Source of the DNA: Haliotis rubra
Taxonomy: Eukaryota
DNA length: 64,000 nucleotides
NCBI RefSeq assembly: GCF_003918875.1
Contig: NW_025767079.1
Span: 6,448,001 to 6,512,000, forward strand
Reading direction: 5' to 3'
Under the pieces are notes generated by a model that was not told the origin of the DNA, did not search any database, and worked only from the letters and a program-made list of their open reading frames with translations. Position 1 is the stretch's first letter. Each line of letters starts with the position of its first letter. The translations under genes and the position numbers were made by a program. Positions 1 through 11,029 of the stretch are shown here, one piece after another.

Positions 1-568
1 TGTCATTTCACGATTTCACTGAACGGTATACACGATTTGTGTTAATGGAATATGAGCGTAAATTTCCTTGTGCGTCTCTTTTTACAAGATTGAAGATTTT
101 GAAACAATGAATTTAAATACGGAGAATTCAGTTACTTGGGGGTGGGGGTGGGCTGGTGGGAGGTGTTAGGTTGTATATTGCTCTCCCTAAGCTTATGTAT
201 GTATGAGAATCGTCAATAATTACATACGTCCCCAGCTCGATTGTTGAGTCAAAAATTACGACATCGACGCGGAAAGTTCACTATAAATCTTTCATGATGA
301 CATCGTGCCATCAGTGTGTTATTATGGTAAAATAGTTCTTGTTAACAAGCATAATTTAGCATTTTACAAACCAGTTGGAAGTGATAAATATTGACATTTA
401 ACAAGGCATTGTACATACATACCCAGTTCGTTTGTTTCCAATGCTGTGGTTTTGAACTGTGACTGGAAGCAAGTTAAGTCTAGTTGTTTATTTGTATGAA
501 GGCCATTGTCCCATATACACATAGTATACTACGTTTACATCGAACATGAAGTACATACAGTGTACATG

Positions 569-733
569 GACTGACTGAGTTTGGTTTTATGCCGCTTTTA
601 GCAATATTCCAGCAACATCACGGCGGGGGGACACCAGAAATGGGCTTCACACATTGTACCCATGTGGGGATTCGAACCCGGGTCTTCGGCGTGACGAGCC
701 AACGCTTTAACCATTAGGCTACCCCACCTCCCC
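569..733 (-). mobile_element. tRNA-Asp-like SINE (family A), full-length
   Basis: Reverse complement has A box (TAGCCTAATGG), GTC anticodon-like loop, B box GGTTCGAATCCC and the shared tail ...GCTGGAATATTGCTAAAAGCGGC + (CAGT)n; TGTACAT flanks both sides. Confidence 0.9.
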
Positions 734-799
734 AATGTACATTGATGTTTTAAATATGCTACAGATTTCAAATTCATTGTTCTCTTATAGCTCTCTATA

Positions 800-1190
800 G
801 CTTTGACACATACATCTACATGTTCATAGATTACTTAATACTACACTTTGAATTCATTAGCTGTCCAAATTTGTGAATTTTAACATTGTGGTGGTACATA
901 CATGGTACATAACGCTGTCTTAAATTCCTATAGTATTTACATACAAGGATAAAATGATACTCATCTTCAATTTCAGTGTTGCACAACAGATATAATCGCT
1001 GACTTAATTCAATTCTCAACCACCTTTCCTCATTAACTTTTAATTCCATATCTAAGTCTTATCATTATATTTTGTTGTTTTTTTATTTGTTAGTAGAGTG
1101 AGATACTTTTCTGGTTCTAATAAGCATTTATATTGTCTATATATATTATATCGAGAACTTCCTTGTATAATACCATTCCATAACATTCTT
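800..1190 (-). pseudogene. Decayed non-LTR retrotransposon (LINE) ORF2 C-terminal fragment, RTE-X/L2-group-like
   Basis: Two adjacent minus ORFs give YRQYKCLLEPEKYL...LRIE...C-NTEIEDEYHFILVCKYYRNLR, matching the post-RT CCHC zinc-knuckle region (EDExHFxxxC-xY-xxR) of LINEs; frameshifted. Confidence 0.75.
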
Positions 1191-1394
1191 AAACATTTGA
1201 AGAAAAACCGAAATATCACCAACACCTTGAGACAAGCAATGCCCCTAACCATGTGAAAATAGAAGCTTGCGAACATACGAAATGGATAACAAAAATATTT
1301 TAACAAAAGTTCAATAATATTGAACTTGGGGTTTAATTAACTTAATTAAATATAATTACATCAAAACATATTGCAGTACACTATGGAAAGTGAC

Positions 1395-1556
1395 ATTAAC
1401 TCGGTGCGCCTAGTGGCGCCTAGTGATCCCCAGGGAGTTGAGATTTGTAATATGATGTGCCGCTGAGATTGACATCCAATGATCATGGGAAAATCAAAGA
1501 AGCGCTTTGAGCATGCATGTGGGATGGACAATAGCACTATATAAATACCCATAAAT
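1395..1556 (+). mobile_element. 3' half of Meta/Deu-type SINE (family D)
   Basis: Aligns with the reverse complement of 56107-56260 (gcgcctagtggc...ccccagg-agttgagat...gacatccaatgatc...tgagcatgca...ctatataaata). Confidence 0.75.
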
Positions 1557-1634
1557 ATCCATATGATAAAATATTAAATATCAATTTCCATCCAAGTACA
1601 TTGTTTCAGTGTCTCTTATTCTAACAAAGGTACT

Positions 1635-1925
1635 GTGCTGGGCTGTAGGGGTTTGGGGCTGAAGGGGTGTTGGGTCTGTAGGGGTTTGGGACTGTAGGGG
1701 GTTTGGGGCTGTATGGGTGTTGGAAGGGGTGAAGGGGGTTTGGGACTGTAGGGGTTTGGGGCTGAAGTGGTTTGGGGCTGTAGGGGTTTGGGACTGTAGG
1801 GGTTTGGGGCTGAAGGGGTTTGGGGCTGTAGGGTTTTAGGGTTATGGGCTGTAGGGCTGTACGGGTTTGGGGCTGTAGGGGTTATGGGCTGTAGGGGTTT
1901 TGGGGTATAGAGGTTTTGTGGGGAC
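1635..1925 (+). repeat. G-rich 16-bp tandem repeat (TTTGGGGCTGTAGGGG)n
   Basis: 16-bp periodicity (e.g. 1771, 1787, 1803); a second short block lies at ~2347-2415; explains the Pro-rich ORF 1616..1927. Confidence 0.85.
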
Positions 1926-4083
1926 AACCCAGACGCCTATGCTTAGTTGTTCGGTCGCGACACAGTTATTACAGAAATCATACTATGTTAAATAGATGAT
2001 AATGGACACAAAGACGGATTCACCTGAAATCCTTTTGATCGTTTACATTTTTCGGGTTATCAGGGGACATATATTTCTAACGTGAATGCTTTGGATACCA
2101 AAATGAGTTCGAGACCCCTGGGAATTCGACACGTCCTATTTGGACTATATTTACGTTATGTTTTATATGTGCGTGCTCTTTGTAATTGTAATGCTTCTAC
2201 AATTGAATTGTATGCTGTGAACGTCATCGCAGTTAATCTGTTGTATTTTAGTGATGTAATTATGTTGGGAAGTGTGAAAATAGTTTTGGAATGTGATGCC
2301 GGATCTTGCAGAAATAAAAAAAGTAGGAAGTATGGTCTCATGCAGATAGGGTTTTAGGGTTATGGGCTGTAGGGGTGCTGTAGGGGTTTTGGGCTGTAGG
2401 GGTTTGGGGGTGTATAGTGCATAGTGTAATCAGGATGCATAGAGTTTAAATTTGATTACTTAAATCGATACGCTTTTGTTCTAAAATGTTTTATGTTCAA
2501 ATTATCATAGTTTGTGTTTGTATTGTTGTTTCTTCCTAATAAGGTGGGGCGGTGGGCCATACTCCCCATTACTATAGTCTAGTAATGACTAGTAATGACT
2601 TGTTCAGTATTTACTGTAGGCAAAAGTGCACACTCAAATGGGACATACCACTTTAGTGAAAGATTGAAAGCAGTAAAATTGAAAACCATTGGTGCGTAAA
2701 GTTGTTTATATAAGACTGTAGGCGTTATTCCCTGTAGGCAGTAGTAGACTCCGCCAAACAAAAGACAGCATGGAAATATGGACAATTTAATCACTGGATG
2801 GATGTACATTTAAAACACACAAAATTATCACACAAAATCACACAATCACGGCTGATTCAGTCTGCAGTGCACGAAATATAAACTACCCATAAAACTCGGA
2901 TAATGCATAACAAATGTACACTCTCGGCTCAACTAAAACAATTATTATTGCCTGAGTCGTATATCCCATGAACAGTATTCAAAGTTGATTCAAAGCTGAA
3001 TTCACACGACTGTGGGCCCTCACCCAAAATACTGATACCCCCATCACCTTGAGAAAAAGGACGAGAAAGAATTCGGTCAAATTTATCAAAACATTAAAAC
3101 TTCGTCATCGCATCTGTGACCTGTCTCCACTTTTCTGATGCGCGCTCTCCGGGTCAACTTTGAAGATAACCCTTAACGGAAGCGGGAACCCAGTCAATGT
3201 AAGTATGTAACTGAATTAATCTGCTTTAAGAATATTGGTTAGAGTCAACCGCCTGTCATTTACATATAACAGGTCAAGTGCCTTTGTGGAACAGCTAGAA
3301 CGAGGTCATTTCCCTGTAAAACTTGCATTATATTTGAACATGTCTAAGATAAGCTCAGGAGAATTAGCTATAGCACCTGGGTAGATATGCTTCTGTTTGA
3401 CTTGTAAATATTGACGGTTTGGTTGATATCAGAAATTAATAGAAAACATCCGCAGGAAATTTGAAATTATAACGCTTATCTTTATTGGGGATGATAAATG
3501 TTCTGATGATTCATGACGTGTTGAAGCGCTTCAAACATTAGAGTGCATGGCGACATGTGAGAGATCGTGAGCTGATTTCATTTTCGACCTAGAAGCAGTC
3601 TTTTTTATATATATTTTGTATCACACTACGCTTAGACGCATTTACGTGTATAAAGGTTGAGTTAGATCCAGCAGTCGTTTTGGCAAGAAAATGTGTTAAA
3701 ATCAGTAGTTTCGTAACCAGACGAGTTGTGTTAATGAGAGTGTGTTTTAAGGTTGCTCTTTTTGCAATATTTTACAAATGAGTTTACACATTTTAACCGG
3801 AAGCCCTACTGATTTGCAATTTCAGTTTGAATAGATGGGGAGTAAAATTATCATATTTCGTGGCACTTCCTAATGATATATAAGTGTATAAAACAAAACA
3901 AAAATAGATGACTGTATTGCTGCTAAATGATTTAATATGCTTCGTTTTTAAAAATATATATTTTGTGCTTTTTGAAAACAAAGATTTCCTAGTCTCTATC
4001 GCAACCCCTCTTCATCCACCACCCATCCTTCCCTCGACTTCAGCATCTCGTTCTGATCTTCCTCTCAGCGCTACTTCTGTGTA

Positions 4084-4326
4084 GACCCGTGAAGATCCGG
4101 GTTAGAATATTGATCTTCAGTAACCCATGCTTGTCGTACGAGGCGACTAATGGGATCGGGTGGTCAGGCTCGCTAACTTGGTTGACACATGACATCGGTT
4201 CCCAATTGCGTAGATCGATGCTCATGCTGTTGATAACTGGATTGTCTGGTCCAGACTCGATTATTTACAGACCGCCGCTATATAGCTGGAATATTGCTGT
4301 GTGGGGCGTAAAACTAAACTCACTCA
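4084..4326 (+). mobile_element. Family B non-tRNA retroposon, full-length with TSD
   Basis: Starts GACCCGTGAAGATC, ends in the shared tail + CACTCA; 13-bp TSD CTACTTCTGTGTA at 4071-4083 and 4327-4339. Confidence 0.9.
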
Positions 4327-4489
4327 CTACTTCTGTGTAGGTAGGCTTGCTTATAAACCAGATTTCTTCTAACCTTGGTCATACCATAGTTCAGACACTA
4401 TAACTACAAATTTATCTGTTATTTGCCTGTGAAGGAAAAACCAAATAAAATACAAATGTTTGGCAGCTTGACTCCTGAGAGTTTTCAAG

Positions 4490-4740
4490 ACGTCAGCCCT
4501 ACCCCACAACTAAGCACATGTGATACATGTGGTCTCAACGTAGACGAGTTTGTTAAATTTTGCCTCTGTTCACCCAGCAGAAAATGGGTACCGCGTGGGA
4601 TAAGTGACTATAACCTTCTAGCGCCTCAATGGTAGCTTGGGTTATCTGGGTTAATAATGAAGTGTGACTTGTATGCGCTTAGAGCATGTCCCTCAGTGAT
4701 GTGGATGAGGCGCTATAAAAGTAATCTTATAATTATTACT
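4490..4740 (+). mobile_element. Deu/Nin-domain-like SINE (family C), 5'-truncated
   Basis: GCCTCTGTTCACCCAGCAGAAAATGGGTACC resembles the Deu/Nin core; L2/CR1-like tail gcgcttagagcat...ggcgctataaaa + (TTA)n; second copy at 31585-31775 (-). Confidence 0.7.
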
Positions 4741-5029
4741 ACATGTATAAGTAATGAAAATATTGAATATTCTTCTATTGTTTTAGTTTTTAGATAGCAA
4801 AATAGTTAATAAATATGAAATACAAATTCACTTCTGTGACGTGGTTGGGTGTGATCATACCCGAACAGCAAACAGATGACCATTTAGCATTTGGGACGCA
4901 TGTCATACATGCGTATGTCATCTGTATGTTTTGTATGTTTCTCCCTGCCAGCTGTCTTTCACATATCTATCAATTTGCAACACCATCCTCTGGTGAAAAC
5001 GGTCAAGCCCATTTCTGGAACTTATGATT

Positions 5030-5765
5030 GGCAGAAAGCATAAACGAGATATGAATCTCCTATATTTCATATGATGGAATTATTAGCTAAATATGATATC
5101 CAGGAAGAAATTAGACAATATGTAGTATGTTCTAAATTTTTATGTAAAAGGAAATGGTCAAGAATGGTGCTGGAAAAGGTCTTAGAATATGATAGGAAAG
5201 CAGCAGAGTATGCCATGCAGTCAAGGCTGCCATTGATACGGTATCAGTTAATAAGATCGGAAGGTGTAAGTCGACGATGGTAACTAGCGCTTGACAGACC
5301 AAGATACTACAAAAGTATTGGCTTTCTAATTAAACTGGGTTCTGTCCCCATTCAGTCGAAGGAATGTGAGTGTGGCACTGTGGCGCATGGTATTTTAAAG
5401 CACGTCCTTATGTCTTGTAAGATTAATATTGATTAATAATTTGAACAAGTTTGTGACTCACTTGATGTTAATATGTTTGTAAAATTATGGATCTCTGATG
5501 ACGATGAATTTCTGAAATTTCTACTTGGTGGAATACCGGAAGATGTTATGGACCAGTTAAACTATGATGTGTGGGCAAATGTTATAATATGTGTCTCAAA
5601 TTCTGTATCTAAATGGAAAAATATTTACAATTGTTGTATTTCACCCTACTACCCTGTATAGATCATTTCATGTACATTTCTGTTGTATTATGTACCATTG
5701 ATATGACTATAATATATATCTGTAATCTTCAAACTTTGGAGGAAATAAAGAATATCTATCTATCT
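5030..5765 (+). pseudogene. 5'-truncated LINE 3' end (decayed ORF2 C-terminus + 3' UTR)
   Basis: Broken reading frames (ELLAKYDI...KRKWSRMVLEKV; C-E-C...H-V-L-M-S-C; DDEFLKFLLGG) ending in GGAGGAAATAAAG (polyA signal) + (ATCT)n tail. Confidence 0.7.
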
Positions 5766-5860
5766 CATGGGTACAATGTGTTAAGCCCATTTCTGGTGTC
5801 CCCCGCCGTGATATTGCTGGGATATTGCTAAAAGTGGCGTAGAACCTCACTGACTCACTG
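5766..5860 (+). mobile_element. Family A SINE, 3' half
   Basis: catgggtacaatgtg...gcgtagaacctcactgactcac matches family A body and tail. Confidence 0.8.
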
Positions 5861-6390
5861 GAATTATCAGTGCAGCGGCACCCTTGTCAACAACATCGTT
5901 GTTTTTGGCGTATGTCCTAAAAGCATATCTGTTCAAAACAACTTCCTTTTTGTGCTACATTGGCAACGTCATCGCAGTTGAAAGCTTGTAAGCTTAGAGT
6001 TAAAGTCTTGACTTACATCAATTTTGAACTCTTCTAAGTTCACGACTTCAAATTGTGATTTTTCTTTTGTAAATACCGGATGCAACAGACAACACACAGT
6101 AATCAGACTCAAAGGCACGATTTATTTACGTTAATATGTCTTATGTTTCATCCGAATGTTCCCTTTCTGTGATTATAAGAATGGCGATATAAAACACAAG
6201 ATTATGGCGATGCCAGCACCAGAGAGTGTTGATAATGGCGTCCAACTGCGATTAATCACATACACCAGTATCCTTGTGGCTTACGGTCTCGAAAAGGCAT
6301 AAAACACAAAAATACAAATGTAATGCCTATTATTACGCTTAACTGTAATAAAAACGTTGAATCTAATTGTCGATGCTTCTAAGTGCAGAT

Positions 6391-6551
6391 GGGACGGTGG
6401 GGTAGCCGAGTGTTTAAGGCGTTAGCTCGTCACGCCGAAGGCCCGGGTTCGATTTCCCACATGGGTACGATGTGTGAAGCCCACTTCTGGTGTCCCCAGC
6501 TGTGATATTGCTGGAATGTTGCTAAAAGCGGCGTAAAACAATACTCACTCA
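6391..6551 (+). mobile_element. Family A SINE
   Basis: A and B boxes, body and tail match the family A consensus. Confidence 0.88.
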
Positions 6552-7131
6552 TCTGGTGTAGATACCAGGAACACGAGTTGGTGTCAATGTTTCTCTGTAT
6601 AGATAAGTTAAATAGACACCAGGTATCCAAAACAATTTGTGTTTGAGTATATTGCACGTGATGCATGCTGGGATAACAATATGCCCAATTATCTTAACTT
6701 CATGTAAAATACTTTAATTTCATTGGTCAATGACGCTTTAACAAGTTTCCGTGACACCTCTCCCATGATGGTGACAACTGGGAAAAATATTACCCGCTGC
6801 CATGGTAACAGCGGTCTCGCTAAGAACCGTATGACATCATAATATGACGCATGCCGTAGTTCGAAAACCGTTCCATTAGCTGTTTTTGAGTTCACTATGT
6901 ACATATTTATTTTACCGACTTTTTCTGCTTTATTTAAACTATTTTATACTTTAACGTAAATATGATTCATCATTTTTATAGCAGTTTTAAGCTTGTCAGA
7001 ATATGTTTCACTGATTTTAAAAATCCAGTCTAGAGGCAGACGCCATTTTGTTCACATGTTATATGGTCGGTAGCGAGCTTATCGATCTTCAAAATCAAAT
7101 CAAATCGTATTTTGTACATTTAACATGGCGG

Positions 7132-7258
7132 TAAGATTAATACGTTGTACGCTTCTCTCGAGGCTAATAGGGTCTGATCATGATGTACTCCTTTTTGTAG
7201 CAGTGTCATCCCTCAGACCGTATTACCCTCGAGAGAAGCTTACAATATAGTAATCTTA
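7132..7258. mobile_element. Palindromic MITE-like element (~127 bp)
   Basis: Arms TAAGATTA...TTGTA-GCTTCTCTCGAGG-TAATA-GGTCTGA and TCAGACC-TATTA-CCTCGAGAGAAGC-TACAA...TAATCTTA are reverse complements; TA ends. Confidence 0.7.
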
Positions 7259-7261
7259 GTT

Positions 7262-7405
7262 AGTGAGTGAGTTGGTTTTTACTCCGCTTTTAGACATATT
7301 TCAGCAATATCACGGCGGGGGAACTAGAAATGGGCTTCACACATTGTACCCATGTAGAGAATCCAACCCGGGTCTTCGGCGTGACGAGCCAACGCTTTAA
7401 CTACT
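7262..7405 (-). mobile_element. Family A SINE
   Basis: Reverse-complement match to the consensus, extreme 5' end missing. Confidence 0.85.
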
Positions 7406-8112
7406 CTATGATGACATAAGTTGACAGGTTGCGTGTAATGTCAGTAGACCTTGTCTTACACACCACAGACTAAAACTACGTGCGCGAACATTTACAATTG
7501 CTTTGTGAGTCAGAACCCTTGTCCGGGGTCATTTTCAGTAATCTTTCTCACCAGCCCCTTCAACCAAACTGCCGTGTTTTCCTAGGCATGCGACAAAAGA
7601 GACACCTGTGGCCAGAGACGATATAAAATCTATTATATGGTGTCTGCTATGGCCTTTCCTGTCTCTTAATTGTGAAGTGGTGCCCGGGTTGACAACGTAT
7701 TTTCTCAAGATCAAAATTATGTTCCACATTAACGTTTCCAAAGCTACTATTGCGCTTTCTTACACATATTTACACAAATTTACTTGGGAACACGGAACTC
7801 AGTGTAGAACCAGTCACAATCGCGTGACCTTGGGTATTTGACCTTATATCGCTGGGAGCAACACGACCTTTGGAAGTCGCCCGAGGAGATCCGAATGTCG
7901 GTCACGAAGGTTGTCGGCAATGGTTGGTGTACATCAGGCGTGACCGATGAGCAGTGTCCAGTTGTTAATCGTGGTCTGCGGCTTGACAGTCTCCCCGCCC
8001 CAGATGGCCACTGCGATAACCTATTTCCACGACGTGGCGGCAGGGATATCCGACTTGACAAAGACATGTGATCTTCACAATGTAAATGTACTCCTGGGTT
8101 TATCCATTCGGA

Positions 8113-8193
8113 ATGGCCCATTTCTGGTGTCTGCCGTCGTGATATTGCTGGAATATTCCTGACAGCGGCGTAAACCATACTCACTCACTCACT
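8113..8193 (+). mobile_element. Family A SINE, 3' fragment
   Basis: gcccatttctggtgtc...gcggcgtaaaccatactcactcactcac. Confidence 0.75.
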
Positions 8194-8946
8194 ATTCGGA
8201 ATGGAGTGTATTCAGTTACGTATTCAGCTATTTCTTACCAAGAATGTGGAATTATTTATGGTCACTGGAAATTTAACAATGTAATACATATGCAGGAAAA
8301 ACTCTTTTCGGACTTATACTGTCATGCAGAAGAAAGTATACACATGCATTTCCATTGTAGCTACGCTGAAACTAAGGTCAAAACAAACCAGAAACGAATT
8401 TGCAGTTTTTCGTAGGGCATTCCATAATTGCTTTGCATGGTCTCGGTGAATGTTATCAGCCTTGTAAAGTTTTGTTTGTTAAGGTTTTGTTGTAACTTGT
8501 TTTGTCAAACTCAGTTTTCAAGTGAATGGTTAGTTTTGCCCTGCAGTTTTGACATAGCGTTTGGCATAATTAGTGTTTGTTTGTTTGTTTTGTTTTGCAT
8601 CTGTTTTGTATGCAGTGGCACGGTAGCAAAATGGCTTTCGAATTTCTGTGAAATGCTGTGCAAGCAAAATTTAATGAGTTGGAGTGCCTTAGACTATCCT
8701 GAAACCCTAATGTTAACCCTCGCTGTCGCGCATCGCTATTCTTCGATTTCCATTCTCAGTTACATATGGGGCACTACGAGGTTAACGCTCACATTGATCC
8801 TGCCGGGTACCCAGTCGTTTCTGGTTGAACAGATTCATATTTCAAAACAAAGTCACTTGCCTAAGACTCCAGACATACGCTGTGCGTGTTTCGGTGTGGG
8901 TCAGGACCGAAGCTCAAGTGGCACTCATCCAACTACATTCCGCCAA

Positions 8947-9165
8947 ACCCGTGAAGATCCGGGATAGAATTGGTCATCTGCTACCCATACTTATCGTGAA
9001 AGGCGACAAATGGGATCGGGTGGTCAGGCTCGTTGACTTGGGTGACACATGTCATCGTATCCCAGTTGCGTAGAACGACGCTCATGGTGTTGATCACTGG
9101 ATTATCTGGTCCACCGCGATATAGCTGGAATATTGCTGAGTGCGGCGTTAAACAACAAACCAACC
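8947..9165 (+). mobile_element. Family B retroposon
   Basis: ACCCGTGAAGATCC head, body and shared tail with (CAAC)n. Confidence 0.85.
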
Positions 9166-9985
9166 CAAGCAACCAGCAGTAAAATGTCTAATGCGGCGTA
9201 AAGGAGTATTCACTCAAACTCTTTGTACGTGACTGTAGTTTCTTTCCACAATGTTATCAAGTCCTATTATATGAGATTACACCTGATTCCCCTGGATGAA
9301 AAGCAGACCTAATTAACAGGCCAATATATCCCGCACTCAATAGAAAGTATCGAATTCACGCCGCCATGTGTGTTTTTCGCTAAACCGGCCCCTCCTCGTA
9401 TCTCATTATACACCGACCTCCTCTGGGGATGTTTTGTCGGTTTGAAGGAGGGGGGAGGGGGTGTCCGATGTCCAGGCGTTTAGTAAGGATTTATACCCCC
9501 TAGCTCGACCCTCCCTGGGATTATTAAAGCCACGCATAAATCGGGCTTAACAACGTCCCTTATAATCCGGACAACATGGAAACAATTGTGAAGCCGGATG
9601 AGAAAAGCCGGACCAGGGCTTACAGCTATTGATAGCGATCAGATGACCCAGAATTATAAGGACTGTCGTCCGGTGCGGCCGTCAGGGTAGGGGGTGGGTG
9701 AGATGGTGCGTGTCCAATACCTACCAGTGGGCACTTGGGTGTGGGGGCGTAAGGTTGAGATCGGGGGTAATTGGTTGGTGATAAGTGGTATGTGTTTTGT
9801 TAATCTTTGTCACTTAAAAATATAATACATAGTCAGGGGGTTTATTTAGGAGATAAGGTGTGAGGTCTTTGATTTGCATTTAGACGTGATGCACATAAAG
9901 GTGGAAATTTATGGATGTCAACTTGTGTAATAGGAGGGAGACGACGTTTCGGTGTATATAGATATACTAGTACTGTTAATGTTGA

Positions 9986-10154
9986 GGGGCGGTGGGGTAG
10001 CCTAGTGGTTAAAGCGTTGGCTCGTCACACCGGAGACCCGGGTTCGAATCCCTACATGGGTACTATGTGTGAAGCCCATTTCTGGTGTCCCCCGCCGTGA
10101 TGTTGCTGGAATATTGCTAAAAGCGGCGTAAAACCAAACTCAGTCAGTCAGTCA
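9986..10154 (+). mobile_element. Family A SINE with TSD
   Basis: Full consensus; GTTAATGTTG repeated at 9975-9984 and 10155-10164. Confidence 0.92.
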
Positions 10155-10203
10155 GTTAATGTTGCACGTGTATATACAAAGCTGTCTCATTCCTACTGTT
10201 CTT

Positions 10204-10247
10204 CACCTGATGAAGGAGTATGAGTCAGTATACTCCGAAACTTCGTG
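10204..10247 (+). ncRNA. Minimal type I hammerhead ribozyme motif (Penelope-like element type)
   Basis: CAC-CTGATGA-A-GGAGTAT(loop)ATACTCC-GAAA-CTTC-GTG: stem I CAC/GTG, perfect 7-bp stem II, conserved core; the loop-3 palindrome ACGT is mutated to ACTT. Confidence 0.7.
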
Positions 10248-10460
10248 TCCCTCACATTTCAGAAGATAGTATATAATTCTTAATGTTGAATAGATTATCT
10301 TTCTGTATTTTATTATAAATGATATTGCTGGTATATTGCTAAAAGCGCGCAAACCATACTCACTCACAGCGTTCGATATCAACGTCGGTCCTTAGGCCCG
10401 AACCCGACTGAAAACCAATTGGACCCACCGCTTTTGTTTTCTGCAGGGCCTTATGGCTGA

Positions 10461-10665
10461 TGCTGGTCCCTGCCTGGAGCTCGGCATTAATGGGTACAAC
10501 AAGGACTGGTCGGCTCAGGTATCTCAGTGGGCTAGCACTATTAAACCAGCTTCAGTCTGGGCTAGTACAAGCAGCCGCACATACACATACACACGCATGC
10601 ACGTCGTCATATGAGCGAAATATTCTCAAGCACGACGTTAAACCAAATTTCACCTCACCTCACCT
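10461..10665 (+). mobile_element. V-domain SINE (family G), truncated and internally deleted
   Basis: Near-identical to 46645-46895 apart from a ~50-bp internal deletion. Confidence 0.85.
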
Positions 10666-11029
10666 TATGGTTGACGGCTTTTTTTCATCTCCAATAACTA
10701 AGAGTAATATTTCCATACTCCTATGATTTTTTTCAAAATATTCATCAGAAGCACATGATAGTGAGTTTGAATCCCGATTCATCCGCGTTATCTTTAATTT
10801 CGGGTTTGTGTGCACCATACCGAGCTTGTGGGTTTCACCAAAGTAGTATACCTGCATCACTTGAGCTTTCCTCCCGCATCAAGCTGACATTTGGTTTAAT
10901 TAACCGAGATGTACGGACCGAGTGTTCAAAGCGACATCAAATAAAACTACCTCACGCAAATACAAGTCGGTAGAACCACTGACAGGCCGTTTCTCATGTA
11001 ACTTGATGGTACAGTGTCCGCGGTTTAGT

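Noticed and set aside
1616-1927. Proline-rich protein or telomeric repeat
   Set aside because: 16-bp G-rich tandem unit, not TTAGGG; the ORF is a by-product
4084-4160. Assigning the family B head to HDV-like, pistol or twister ribozymes
   Set aside because: Helix order and conserved nucleotides do not match those classes; kept only as an unclassified structured-RNA candidate
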